DNA from: a virus
Taxonomy: Duplodnaviria; Heunggongvirae; Uroviricota; Caudoviricetes; Crassvirales
Reading direction: 5' to 3' (one strand)
IMG/VR virus record: IMGVR_UViG_3300042473_001002
DNA length: 64,000 bases
Positions 1-9,434 of this stretch are shown one piece after another (position 1 is the first letter of the stretch; each line of letters begins with the position of its first letter). The position numbers and the translations under genes are program-made. The notes below the pieces were generated by a model. That model did no database searches, had not been told where the DNA came from, and saw nothing but the letters and a program-made list of their open reading frames with translations.

Positions 1-73
1 TTAGACATCATTATGATACTGAATTTATTTCAGGTGGTACAGTTTTACTTAAAAATATCAAAATAATTAAATA

Positions 74-547
74 ATGGCTCAAGATACTAAAATATATCTA
101 AAATTAGATAAAAGACCTAAAAATGTTAATGAAGTATTAAAATTATTTTGGAATAAGTATGGAAGTAATGAAACTTTTCATGATAAAGAATGTACTAAAC
201 AGCAATGTGGATCTAATAAAGGAAGAAGTTTTGATGATTTATATTATTGTTGTAAAACATATTTTCCAAATGTGACTGTTAAGAAGGTATTTCATGAAGT
301 TGTAATATATAATTTAAATAATAAAGTATTTGCTTTTATGAATTGTAGTGGTATTAGAAAAATTAAATTAATTGCTTATCCTTATCAACTAATAATCAAT
401 TCTTTTGGGAATATATATAAGCATGATTGTGATGTTAAGAAATATGATTCAATTTGGTCTTGGAAAGAATTACATTCAATGTTAGATATTAAAAGTAATA
501 ACGATTTGACTAATTATAGAAAAAAATATAACGTAAAATTAAAATAA
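74..547 (+). CDS. hypothetical protein, member A of a three-member paralogous family
   Basis: A 157 aa ORF sharing an N-terminal motif (I-Y/L-x-K…PK…L…F) and a central motif (E/A-C-T-x-x-Q…R-S-F/I-x-D/E-L…F/Y-P) with the ORFs at 6329 and 6817. Confidence 0.5.
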   Translation: MAQDTKIYLKLDKRPKNVNEVLKLFWNKYGSNETFHDKECTKQQCGSNKGRSFDDLYYCCKTYFPNVTVKKVFHEVVIYNLNNKVFAFMNCSGIRKIKLIAYPYQLIINSFGNIYKHDCDVKKYDSIWSWKELHSMLDIKSNNDLTNYRKKYNVKLK

Positions 548-671
548 TATGGAAGAAATACATTATTTAGATCAAATGGAAGACGAATGGATGTCAAATA
601 ATAATGATTTATATGTATCATCATAAATTAAAAATAATAAAAATAAATTAAAAATTAAATAAATAGAAATT

Positions 672-950
672 ATGAAAACAGATCAAACAAGAGTATTTTT
701 TAAATACGAAGAAAATGGTGAAATTAAAGCAATTATGAAAAGTGTAGAAACTGATCAAGAAATTGCAGTTAGAACAGTTAAACCTCGTCATGGTGATGTT
801 CCAAATAAAGTAATTGGTAGAAAATACGCTTTCAAGAAACTTATGACTCATAGTCTTGAAAAGGAATTAGTACCAAAAACTGAAATTGGATTATTATGGA
901 AACTATTTGGTTCTACTTGTAAACAACCAAGTCAAAAATTAGCTTATTAA
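672..950 (+). CDS. hypothetical protein
   Basis: A 92 aa ORF fitting tightly between neighbours on the coding strand. The overlapping − strand ORF at 648..851 is treated as a shadow. Confidence 0.4.
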   Translation: MKTDQTRVFFKYEENGEIKAIMKSVETDQEIAVRTVKPRHGDVPNKVIGRKYAFKKLMTHSLEKELVPKTEIGLLWKLFGSTCKQPSQKLAY

Positions 951-952
951 TT

Positions 953-1129
953 ATGAAAATATTAATATTAAAAATTATTTTATTTATAATATTTCTGATT
1001 ATACTAATAGTTGGAAATATGTATATATTTAGAAGTGATTATCCTTATTTAAGTTTTATTACATTAATAGGAAGTGTAATAGGATTATTATTTATTCCTT
1101 ATAACAAATTATTTAAATTAAACAATTAA
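953..1129 (+). CDS. small hydrophobic membrane protein (58 aa), not in the ORF track
   Basis: ATG at 953 and stop at 1127..1129. It translates to MKILILKIILFIIFLIILIVGNMYIFRSDYPYLSFITLIGSVIGLLFIPYNKLFKLNN, with two predicted TM segments. It exactly fills the gap before the SPFH gene. Confidence 0.35.
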   Translation: MKILILKIILFIIFLIILIVGNMYIFRSDYPYLSFITLIGSVIGLLFIPYNKLFKLNN

Positions 1130-1131
1130 AA

Positions 1132-1905
1132 ATGAAAAAATTATTTAGTATTTTAAGCTTAGTTTTAGTGTTAGTATCTTGTAATCGTCCAGAACCTAAT
1201 TATGAAGGAGTCTTAATGACTGATTATGGTAGAAATGGTATTGAATCATTTAAAGTAGTTACAGGAGCACAAGGTCCATTAGGACCAGGATCAGAATTAT
1301 ATCAGGTTCCAATGTTTGAACAAAAAGCGGATGTTGATGCGGTTAGAGTATCAGCTAAAGATGCAGGTATATTCACTATTGACCCAAGTTATACTTATCA
1401 AGTAACTAGAGGTAAAGGTCCAAATGTAGTATTAAATTATAAACATTTAGGAGCAGGATCTGAATTTTTAGATAATGTTGAAGACAATGTCCTAGATAAA
1501 TTAGTTACTGATACATTTAGAGAATTATCTAGAAATTATACAACAGATAGTTTAATGAATAATTTAGGATCTTTTGAAAAAGAAGTAGAAACTGTATTAC
1601 AAGAAAAATTTAATAATAAATTTTTTACATTAAATACACTTACTTCAGGATTAACTCCACCTAAATCAATGGCAACTGCAATTGAAGATCGAAATAATGC
1701 TATTCAAAAAGCTAATATGGTTAAAAATGAATTAGAAACTTCTAAAATGTATTTAGAAAAAGCTAAAATTGATGCTGAAACTAATAGAATGAAATCTAGT
1801 GGTTTAACTAAAGAAGTTTTACAACAACAATATATTGAAGCAATTCGTAATAGTAAAAATAGAATTATTATTACAGATGGTAAAACACCAATTATATTAA
1901 ATTAA
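1132..1905 (+). CDS. SPFH/band-7 (prohibitin/HflC-like) domain lipoprotein
   Basis: An N-terminal lipoprotein signal (MKKLFSILSLVLVLVSC) is followed by SPFH-like segments (…YQVPMFEQKADVDAVRVSAKDAGIFTIDPSYTYQV… and AIEDRNNAIQKANMVKNELETSKMYLEKAKIDAE…). Confidence 0.5.
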   Translation: MKKLFSILSLVLVLVSCNRPEPNYEGVLMTDYGRNGIESFKVVTGAQGPLGPGSELYQVPMFEQKADVDAVRVSAKDAGIFTIDPSYTYQVTRGKGPNVVLNYKHLGAGSEFLDNVEDNVLDKLVTDTFRELSRNYTTDSLMNNLGSFEKEVETVLQEKFNNKFFTLNTLTSGLTPPKSMATAIEDRNNAIQKANMVKNELETSKMYLEKAKIDAETNRMKSSGLTKEVLQQQYIEAIRNSKNRIIITDGKTPIILN

Positions 1906-1913
1906 AATAAATT

Positions 1914-1981
1914 AATAATTAGGTGCTTATTCATGATAAGTTAAATGTCCCAGTCACCATGCTGCAAACAGCCTAATTATT
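1914..1981 (+). terminator. structured element with a 10 bp outer stem enclosing two inner hairpins, followed by a T-rich tract; candidate terminator or regulatory RNA
   Basis: aataattagg (1914-1923) pairs with cctaattatt (1972-1981). The inner hairpins are cttat/ataag and gctg/cagc. The segment is locally GC-richer than its surroundings and lies between the SPFH gene and the polB gene. Confidence 0.25.
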
Positions 1982-2029
1982 TTATTTCATATAGTTTTAA
2001 AAGTTATGACTCAACTTTAAAACTATTAT

Positions 2030-3907
2030 ATGGATAAACAATTGTATGACATTGAGGTATATAAAAACTACTTTTGTGTTGGACTAAAAAATTATGTTAC
2101 TAAAGAAATAATTTTCTATGAAATAAGTGAAGAAAGAAATGATATTCATCAAATCTATAAATGGTTTGATGAATATTGTGGATTTCTTGTAAGTTTTAAT
2201 GGAATTCATTATGATAATATGGTTATTAAATATTTACTATTAAATTATAATAACTATAAAAACCTTAATTATATTGATATAACATTAGATTTAAAATATT
2301 TTTCAGATAAAATTATTTCAGATGTTTATGATGATGAAATTAAAAAAATTAAATATAATAAAGTAAAATGGATTGATATTGATTTGTTCAATTATTGGTC
2401 TAAAATGCTTAGAATATCTAAAAAAATTAGTTTAAAATCATTAGGTGTACAATTAGGTTATCCTGTTGTGCAAGAATTACCTTATAAACCAAATTCAATA
2501 TTAAAAATTAAAGATTTACCTACGTTAAGGTATTACAATTATACTCATGATTTAGGTATTCTTGAACTTTTATTAAAGGATATGGAAGAAGAGGTTAAAC
2601 TTAGAGCTTCTATTAAACAACAATATAATTTAGATTGTTGGAGTTGGGATGCACCTAAGATTGCTTCTGAAGCATTATTACAAGATTATTGTAAGATTAC
2701 AAATAAAAATGTTTATGAAGTTAGAAGTCAAAGATTTGAAAGACCTACACTATATTTAAATGAATGTCTTAAAGGATTTGATCCTGAATTTAAATTACCT
2801 ATATTTCAAGATCTCTGGACAGAAATACTTAGTTCTAAAAATAACTTTAGTAAAGATTTAATTGTTAATCAAGCAAACACATCAATTATATTAACTTATG
2901 GTGTTGGTGGTTTACATTCTGTTAATAGTAATGAGCAATATTACACAGATGATAAATATCAAGTTATTACGTCAGATGTAGCATCGCTATACCCAAATTT
3001 AATGATTAATTATGCTTGTTTAAGATTTCCTGAAGTTTTAAATAGATATATTCAAGTTAAAGATGAAAGACTTGTAGCTAAAGCTAATAAAGATAAAGCT
3101 AAAGATAAATTTCTTAAACTTATTCTTAATAGTACATCAGGTTTAATTGATAATCAACATAGTTGGTTATATTATCCAGAAGGAGCTATGAGATTACGTC
3201 TTATTGGACAAATTATTTTGACTAAATGTATTGAAGAATGTATTTTAAATAATTGGCAAGTTGTTAGTGCAAATACTGATGGTATTGAAGTAATTATACC
3301 TAAAGACAAAATTAAATATTATGAAGATACTTTGAATAAAGTATGTACTAAATTTAATCTTATTTTAGAACACGAATTGTATAATAAAATTGTTTATAAA
3401 AACGTAAATAATTATATTGCTGAAACTGAAAGTAAAGCTATTAAACGTAAAGGTTTTTTTAAATTACCATTTAATGAATATAACCAACGTGAAATACCAT
3501 TAGGTGATTCTTGTAATGAATTAGTAATATCTAAAGCTTTATTTAATTATTATATTAATAATATCGATCCTAAAGAATTTATTAGTAATCCTGATAAATA
3601 TAATTTACATATTTATGATTATTGTAAATCTAATAAAATTAGTAAGAATTTTGTAGTTTATTGGAATGGTAAAATTCAACAACAATTAAATAGATATTAC
3701 TTTAGTAAAAAAGGTGCTTATTTATTTAAACAAAAAGATGGTATTGGTACAATGCAACATGTAAATGTCGGACAAGGTGTAATGTTATTTAATCAATATG
3801 AAGACAAACAATGGTCTGACTATAATATTGATTATAATTATTATATATCAGCAACACAAAAAATTATAGATGAAATAAATCGATTTAATCAGCTAACTTT
3901 ATTTTAA
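2030..3907 (+). CDS. polB: family B DNA polymerase (compact, 625 aa, with 3'-5' exonuclease motifs)
   Basis: Exo I is YDIEVY and Exo II is FNGIHYDNMV. Motif A is DVASLYPNLM, motif B is KLILNSTSGLI (Kx3NSxYG-like) and motif C is VVSANTDGIEV. Confidence 0.7.
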   Translation: MDKQLYDIEVYKNYFCVGLKNYVTKEIIFYEISEERNDIHQIYKWFDEYCGFLVSFNGIHYDNMVIKYLLLNYNNYKNLNYIDITLDLKYFSDKIISDVYDDEIKKIKYNKVKWIDIDLFNYWSKMLRISKKISLKSLGVQLGYPVVQELPYKPNSILKIKDLPTLRYYNYTHDLGILELLLKDMEEEVKLRASIKQQYNLDCWSWDAPKIASEALLQDYCKITNKNVYEVRSQRFERPTLYLNECLKGFDPEFKLPIFQDLWTEILSSKNNFSKDLIVNQANTSIILTYGVGGLHSVNSNEQYYTDDKYQVITSDVASLYPNLMINYACLRFPEVLNRYIQVKDERLVAKANKDKAKDKFLKLILNSTSGLIDNQHSWLYYPEGAMRLRLIGQIILTKCIEECILNNWQVVSANTDGIEVIIPKDKIKYYEDTLNKVCTKFNLILEHELYNKIVYKNVNNYIAETESKAIKRKGFFKLPFNEYNQREIPLGDSCNELVISKALFNYYINNIDPKEFISNPDKYNLHIYDYCKSNKISKNFVVYWNGKIQQQLNRYYFSKKGAYLFKQKDGIGTMQHVNVGQGVMLFNQYEDKQWSDYNIDYNYYISATQKIIDEINRFNQLTLF

Positions 3908-3908
3908 A

Positions 3909-4016
3909 ATGACACAAGAAAATTGTCCTTGGGCTTTCCTTATATTAGGATTAATTATTACAATTCTTTTTATTATTGCTTTAATTAATTTAATCATATA
4001 TGAAAATAAAAAATAA
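3909..4016 (+). CDS. small hydrophobic peptide (35 aa), not in the ORF track
   Basis: MTQENCPWAFLILGLIITILFIIALINLIIYENKK, a single TM helix filling the polB to next-gene gap. Confidence 0.25.
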   Translation: MTQENCPWAFLILGLIITILFIIALINLIIYENKK

Positions 4017-4019
4017 ATT

Positions 4020-4232
4020 ATGAAAAAACCTTATTCAGAATTATCATTTGCTGTAGATCTTATACAAGAAGAATTTAAATTAAATAATCCTATCCATATT
4101 GTAGATAAAGTACAAGAAGAATTAGGTATTGAATTATCAATTCATGCTGTATCAGATTATTTAGATATTAATAGACAAGAAGATTATGAAATGGAATCTC
4201 ATAAACAAGATTATTTTAACCAATATTATTAA
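4020..4232 (+). CDS. hypothetical protein
   Basis: A 70 aa ORF in the operon context. Confidence 0.4.
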   Translation: MKKPYSELSFAVDLIQEEFKLNNPIHIVDKVQEELGIELSIHAVSDYLDINRQEDYEMESHKQDYFNQYY

Positions 4233-4235
4233 AAT

Positions 4236-4433
4236 ATGAATACAAAAGAATGCCCCAACTGTTTAGGTGCTAAAGAAATTATGTTACCTAAAGAAACTAG
4301 AGGTTTTGAATATAAAAAATGTTCATTATGTCATGGTGAAGGTGAAGTACCAAATCAAATCTTTGATGATTATATTTTTTCATTAGATGAAGATAATTTT
4401 GATGATGATTTTGAAGTTAATAATGGTTGGTAA
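4236..4433 (+). CDS. small zinc-ribbon protein (CxxC…CxxC)
   Basis: ECPNCLGAKE…KKCSLCHGEG, a DnaJ-like CxxCxGxG zinc-finger pattern. Confidence 0.45.
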   Translation: MNTKECPNCLGAKEIMLPKETRGFEYKKCSLCHGEGEVPNQIFDDYIFSLDEDNFDDDFEVNNGW

Positions 4434-4516
4434 TGAATGAGTTTGAATTAGGAATATTATTAATTGTATTTTTTTTATTAATGATATGTTTAAATAAATT
4501 TAAAAACAAATATTAA

Positions 4517-5323
4517 ATGAAAAACATTCACATGTTACCAACAAATAAACCAAGTAGTTTAATTTTTGATAAAGAAGAAAATAGACTACTTCCTTTACAA
4601 AAGGAACCTGTTTTTATGGAACATCAAGATTTAGTTGAAAACCAAAACATCTACATCACTTCTGATGAAGAAATTAAAGTAGGGGGTTGGGTGTTAGGAG
4701 ATTTTCCTGATAAACCTATTGGTAAAGTTATTTCTAAATATGGAGAAGAATTTACTGCTAAATCTTTAAATGGAGATAAATATGGATTAGCACAATATGA
4801 TTCTAAAAAAATCATCCTAACAACAGACCAAAACTTAATCAAAGACGGTGTACAAGCTATTGATGATGAGTTCTTAGATTGGTTTATTAAGAACCCAAGT
4901 TGTGAGAGTGTTGAGGTAAATAAAGGTAATTATGAACTTAGTCCAGTGGAAAAAATGTTAGAAAAAGAATTTGTTCCAAAAGGTACATTTGATAAATACA
5001 AAATCATCATTCCAAAAGAAGAACCTAAACTAGAGACATTAGAAGAAGCTGCTGAAAGAACTGAATTTGAAAGGTATGGTGAAACTCTTACAAACTATAC
5101 TAAACAAAGACCTGCTTATAATTTAGGATTCAAGAATGGTACTAAATGGCAACAAGAACAAATAACTATTGCTACTGATGATGCTTATTCAGAAGGTTTT
5201 GAAAATGGTAAACAATATCAAGCTGAAAGAAGTTATAGTGAGGAAGATATGAAGAAAGCATTTAGAGGGTTTACATCAGGAAAAAGTTTTAAAGAGTGGT
5301 TTGAACAATTTAAAAAGAAATAA
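4517..5323 (+). CDS. hypothetical protein
   Basis: A 268 aa ORF with no recognised motifs. Confidence 0.5.
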   Translation: MKNIHMLPTNKPSSLIFDKEENRLLPLQKEPVFMEHQDLVENQNIYITSDEEIKVGGWVLGDFPDKPIGKVISKYGEEFTAKSLNGDKYGLAQYDSKKIILTTDQNLIKDGVQAIDDEFLDWFIKNPSCESVEVNKGNYELSPVEKMLEKEFVPKGTFDKYKIIIPKEEPKLETLEEAAERTEFERYGETLTNYTKQRPAYNLGFKNGTKWQQEQITIATDDAYSEGFENGKQYQAERSYSEEDMKKAFRGFTSGKSFKEWFEQFKKK

Positions 5324-5535
5324 TGGAAAAATATTTTATAGAATTTATGAACATTTATTTTTGGGTAGCAAGTATTTATTTATTTTTAGTATTATTAAAT
5401 ATTAAAAAAGAACTTGAAATATTTGATCAAAATAAAACAAATGCAATTAAAAAAGGAATATATAAAAAACCTCAATGTTTTGGAATGTGTTTTTATATAT
5501 TATCAATTATTGTATATTTTAACTTAATAAAATAA
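5323..5535 (+). CDS. small membrane protein (70 aa)
   Basis: The hydrophobic segments FWVASIYLFLVLL and CFYILSIIVYF, start/stop-coupled to neighbours. Confidence 0.4.
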   Translation: MEKYFIEFMNIYFWVASIYLFLVLLNIKKELEIFDQNKTNAIKKGIYKKPQCFGMCFYILSIIVYFNLIK

Positions 5536-5537
5536 AT

Positions 5538-6146
5538 ATGAATGAAAAGTTAGCGTTGATTCTAGACTTTAATTTTTTAGAATCAAGTAACCTTTCATTA
5601 ATAGAATTTATAACATTATTAAAAATTAATTATGATCAAATTGATTTAGAAATTAATGATAATGTTTTAAATAATTTACAAGAGAAACAATTTATAAAAA
5701 TAGTTAAAGATGAAAATGAAAAAATAATAATACTTCGAGAGAAGAGTAAATTATTAATAGATTTTCTATTAATAGAAGGTTTAAATGATAGTTATAAAGA
5801 AAAGAAAATAACTAAAAAATCTAGTAGAGTTTTAAATGATGGTTTTGATAATTTTATAACTGAATACAGAAGTTTGTGGAAAGGACTTAAAGTAGGTTCA
5901 ATGGGTAGTCATAATAGCTGTTCTGATAAATTATCTAGATGGTTGAAAGAAAATACACAGTATTCTAAAGAAGATGTCTTAAAAGCAGCTAAAATCTATA
6001 TTAATTCATTAGATAACTATCAATATCTTCAACAAGCTGATTATTTTATTTATAAAAAAGATGCACATGGAGAAAGTAGTAGATTATCTGCTTTTATTGA
6101 TGAAACAGAAGTTAACAATACAGATTGGACTTCAAAACTTAACTAA
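5538..6146 (+). CDS. hypothetical protein
   Basis: A 202 aa ORF. Confidence 0.5.
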   Translation: MNEKLALILDFNFLESSNLSLIEFITLLKINYDQIDLEINDNVLNNLQEKQFIKIVKDENEKIIILREKSKLLIDFLLIEGLNDSYKEKKITKKSSRVLNDGFDNFITEYRSLWKGLKVGSMGSHNSCSDKLSRWLKENTQYSKEDVLKAAKIYINSLDNYQYLQQADYFIYKKDAHGESSRLSAFIDETEVNNTDWTSKLN

Positions 6147-6149
6147 ATT

Positions 6150-6326
6150 ATGAAATTAACATTTGAAGAATTTAAAAAATCATGTTATCATACACAATAT
6201 TATGTTATAGTTCCTTTATTAAGACGTATGAAAATTAATAAATTAGAGTTATTTACAAAAGGTAAATATGATAGTGAAAAACTAGATAATATATTATTAG
6301 ATCTTTATGAAAAAAATTTTAAATAA
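6150..6326 (+). CDS. small ORF (58 aa), not in the ORF track
   Basis: MKLTFEEFKKSCYHTQYYVIVPLLRRMKINKLELFTKGKYDSEKLDNILLDLYEKNFK, which fills an otherwise unexplained 180 nt gap. Confidence 0.35.
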   Translation: MKLTFEEFKKSCYHTQYYVIVPLLRRMKINKLELFTKGKYDSEKLDNILLDLYEKNFK

Positions 6327-6328
6327 AA

Positions 6329-6814
6329 ATGGAAGAAAAAATAATCTTATATACTCAGTTACCTAAGCAAAATACAATACTTGAATATATTGAATCTTTA
6401 TTTAGTTGTGATTATCATGGACCTTATAGTAAACATCATAGAGCGTGTATATCAACATTTAAAGATAAAGCTTGTACACAACTTGATAATAAACCAGCAA
6501 GACGTAGTTTTGAAGATATATTGAGTTTAGTTTGGTCTAAATATCCTAGAGCAACAGAAGAAGATGTAGCTAAAGCTATATGTGAATCTTTTGAAAATGG
6601 TAATATAAAATCATTATATTGCAGTGATATATCTAAAAATGTATTTTTAATTGCTACTGATGATTTTAAAGGAAAATATAAACTTGCTTGGAATGGTTAT
6701 TTACCAAATGATGATATTACATATAAAGGTGATGGTAAATATTCAATTAAAGATGTATTAGATTTAGCAGGAATAACTGATTATGAGTGTAAAAAAGAAA
6801 TAAAAAATGAATAA
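6329..6814 (+). CDS. hypothetical protein, paralogous family member B
   Basis: …ACTQLDNKPARRSFEDILSLVWSKYP… aligns with family members A and C. Confidence 0.5.
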   Translation: MEEKIILYTQLPKQNTILEYIESLFSCDYHGPYSKHHRACISTFKDKACTQLDNKPARRSFEDILSLVWSKYPRATEEDVAKAICESFENGNIKSLYCSDISKNVFLIATDDFKGKYKLAWNGYLPNDDITYKGDGKYSIKDVLDLAGITDYECKKEIKNE

Positions 6815-6816
6815 AA

Positions 6817-7227
6817 ATGAGTATTTATATTAAAGAATCTGATATTCCAAAAACTGGAACTAGAAAAGATTTAATTAGAAAATTTTTACGAGGTGTTGTA
6901 TATCCTTCATACTTAGATACTGAATGTACACAAGTTCAATGTCAAGGTAGTAAGTTTAGAAGTATTACTGAATTACATGAAATTGTAAAATCTAGATTTC
7001 CTGTTACAAGTCTTAAAGCTATAATTAAAATTATTTATCAAATTATTGCAGAAGATCAATCTGTTATATTAGTTTATTGTACACAAGTTAATAAAGTTGT
7101 GTTAAAATATCAACCTAATAAATCTGCAGAATGGATTAGTAATTATAGTAGAAAAAACTATTTTACTACTAAAGGTGAAGATGGTTATAGTTTAGAAGAT
7201 TTTGAAAAAATTAAAGAAACTTTGTAA
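6817..7227 (+). CDS. hypothetical protein, paralogous family member C
   Basis: …DTECTQVQCQGSKFRSITELHEIVKSRFP… aligns with member A (ECTKQQCGSNKGRSFDDLYYCCKTYFP). Confidence 0.5.
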   Translation: MSIYIKESDIPKTGTRKDLIRKFLRGVVYPSYLDTECTQVQCQGSKFRSITELHEIVKSRFPVTSLKAIIKIIYQIIAEDQSVILVYCTQVNKVVLKYQPNKSAEWISNYSRKNYFTTKGEDGYSLEDFEKIKETL

Positions 7228-7607
7228 TGGAAAAAGAATTTATACCATACGAACAAGCATTAGCTTTAAAAGAACTTGGATTTGATGAATGGTGTTATAA
7301 TGTTTATGAAAAAGATGGTAGATTATGTAATACCTATGAATCTACTAGGTGGCAAAATGAAAATCCTGAATTAATAACAAGAGCACCACTATACCAACAA
7401 ACATTTAGATGGTTTAGAGAGAAATATAATATAGAATGTTATGTGAATTGTTACTGGAGTGAAGAAGATTCTTCGAAAAGAGATTATTATGCTAACTACA
7501 ATTATGGTTCAGATGTATTTTTTACAATAGATAAAAATTTTAAATCTCACGAAGAAGCAGAACTTGAATGTCTTAAAAAATTAATAGAAATAGTTAAAAA
7601 TAAATAA
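7227..7607 (+). CDS. hypothetical protein
   Basis: A 126 aa ORF with an overlapping ATGA junction. Confidence 0.5.
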   Translation: MEKEFIPYEQALALKELGFDEWCYNVYEKDGRLCNTYESTRWQNENPELITRAPLYQQTFRWFREKYNIECYVNCYWSEEDSSKRDYYANYNYGSDVFFTIDKNFKSHEEAELECLKKLIEIVKNK

Positions 7608-7609
7608 AA

Positions 7610-8230
7610 ATGATAGAAAAAATTAAATGTGTTGATAATAGAGGATATTCTTTAACAGAAGATCAAGAATATGATGTAATTAAAAGAGAAGGTAATTTTA
7701 TTTTTGTTAATAATGATAAAGATAAATTAGCTAGATATTCTGCAGAAATGTTTGAAGAACCTGCTCCAATACCACCTCCACCACCAGCTAGAACTGAAGC
7801 TGATTGTATTGCTAGTATTACTAACAATGAATCTCAAACTAGATATGTTAATTTAAGTAATGAAACTAAAATTATTACTTGTAATTTTGGAATTACTGAA
7901 GCGGGAAATGCTTTTAGTTGTGGTGTTAAAATGGTAATTGGTATTAATGGTACAATGGATAGTATTAATAATACTACACAAGCAGATCAAAATATTGCTG
8001 GTGATGATTTATTAGATCTTCAAAAAGCTTTACTTAAATCTCATTTAAAAAATTACATGATAAGACAAGGTAATAATGCTGGTATTTATTTAGTTTCAAC
8101 TAATTTAAATTATAATGAAGATTTAGTTACTGCTATTGATGAAATTGCAGATTTTCAATCAGAATCTGAATTAAATCCAAATAGTAACAATCAAATTAAA
8201 GTTTGGGGATTTTTAAGAAGTAACCTATAA
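7610..8230 (+). CDS. hypothetical protein with a proline-rich linker
   Basis: A 206 aa ORF containing the stretch EPAPIPPPPPARTE. Confidence 0.5.
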   Translation: MIEKIKCVDNRGYSLTEDQEYDVIKREGNFIFVNNDKDKLARYSAEMFEEPAPIPPPPPARTEADCIASITNNESQTRYVNLSNETKIITCNFGITEAGNAFSCGVKMVIGINGTMDSINNTTQADQNIAGDDLLDLQKALLKSHLKNYMIRQGNNAGIYLVSTNLNYNEDLVTAIDEIADFQSESELNPNSNNQIKVWGFLRSNL

Positions 8231-8306
8231 CAAATAATAGTCTTAATAAAAATAGACAAAAATGATTAAAAATTCATAAGATTATTAGTAAATACTAATA
8301 AAATTA

Positions 8307-9422
8307 ATGAGTGAAAAAAAAGTAAGTCTTTTTGATAGAACTTACAAAAATATTACAGAAAAAAGAAATAGAATATTATCAGGTAAGATAAATAGTATTC
8401 CATTAGGATTTCCTAGATTTGAAAATGAAATGCCTGGTATTGAACAAGGTAAGAGCGTGCTTGTATCTGCGAATTCAAAAGTGGGTAAGTCACAAATTAC
8501 AGACTGGATGTTTCTTTATAATCCTATTCAGCAAGTTATTGATAAAGGTTTAGATATTAGATTAAAAATCTTTTATTTCACTTTAGAAATGACAGCTGAA
8601 CAGAAGATGTTATCAGCATTTTCTAATATACTTTATATTAAAGAAGGTGTTAGAATAGCACCTAAAGATTTGAGATCTAGTAAAGAAGATAAAATATTAT
8701 CTGAAGAAAATTTAAATTTAATTTCTAAATATGAATCTTATTTTAGAAAAATTGAAGAAATTGTTGAATTTGTAGATGATATTAGAAATCCATATGGAAT
8801 TTATACAACTGTTCGTGATTATGCTTTAGCTAATGGTAAAATACACACTAGAAATATTGAAACAAAACCTGGTGTTTTTATTGAAGTTGAAGATTATTAT
8901 GAACCAAATGATCCTGAAGAATATGTAATAGTTATTGTAGATCACATAAGTCTTATACAACCTGAGAAAAATAGAGATACTGGTTTACCTATGACTCTTC
9001 ATGAATCAATAGGTAAACTTAGCTCTGATTATCTTATTAAACTTAGAAACAGATTTAAATATATTCCTGTAGTTGTACAACAACAAGCTCAAGCTCAAGA
9101 AAGTGTTGAAAATAAAAAGTATAATAAACTTAAACCTTCATTAGATGGTTTAGGTGATAACAAAATGACTCAACGTGATTTTGATTATATACTTGGATTA
9201 TTTAGCCCTTTTAGACATGAGATACCTGAATATATGGGATACGATGTAACTAGATTTAAAGATAATATTAGATTTCTTGAAATATTAGGTGGTAGAGAAG
9301 GTGGTGGTGGAACAGTATGTCCATTATATTTTGATGGAGCTGTAAACTATTTTAAAGAATTACCATTACCTAATGATAACAAAATTAAAGAAGTTTACGA
9401 ATTTATAAAAAATATTAAATAA
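8307..9422 (+). CDS. DnaB-like replicative helicase (RecA-fold C-terminal domain only)
   Basis: H1/Walker A is VLVSANSKVGKSQ and H2/Walker B is VIVIVDHISLIQP. The H3-like segment is IPVVVVQQQAQAQ and the H4-like segment is LDGLGDNKMTQRDFDYILGLF. Confidence 0.6.
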   Translation: MSEKKVSLFDRTYKNITEKRNRILSGKINSIPLGFPRFENEMPGIEQGKSVLVSANSKVGKSQITDWMFLYNPIQQVIDKGLDIRLKIFYFTLEMTAEQKMLSAFSNILYIKEGVRIAPKDLRSSKEDKILSEENLNLISKYESYFRKIEEIVEFVDDIRNPYGIYTTVRDYALANGKIHTRNIETKPGVFIEVEDYYEPNDPEEYVIVIVDHISLIQPEKNRDTGLPMTLHESIGKLSSDYLIKLRNRFKYIPVVVQQQAQAQESVENKKYNKLKPSLDGLGDNKMTQRDFDYILGLFSPFRHEIPEYMGYDVTRFKDNIRFLEILGGREGGGGTVCPLYFDGAVNYFKELPLPNDNKIKEVYEFIKNIK

Positions 9423-9434
9423 TTATGAAAAAAT

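Noticed and set aside
648-851. A 67 aa − strand ORF overlapping the + strand ORF at 672..950.
   Set aside because: It is antisense to a gene in a uniformly + strand region, has hydrophobic junk-like composition typical of AT-rich shadow frames, and has no start context.
4651-4842. A 63 aa − strand ORF inside the 4517..5323 gene.
   Set aside because: It is a shadow ORF fully nested antisense to a longer ORF.
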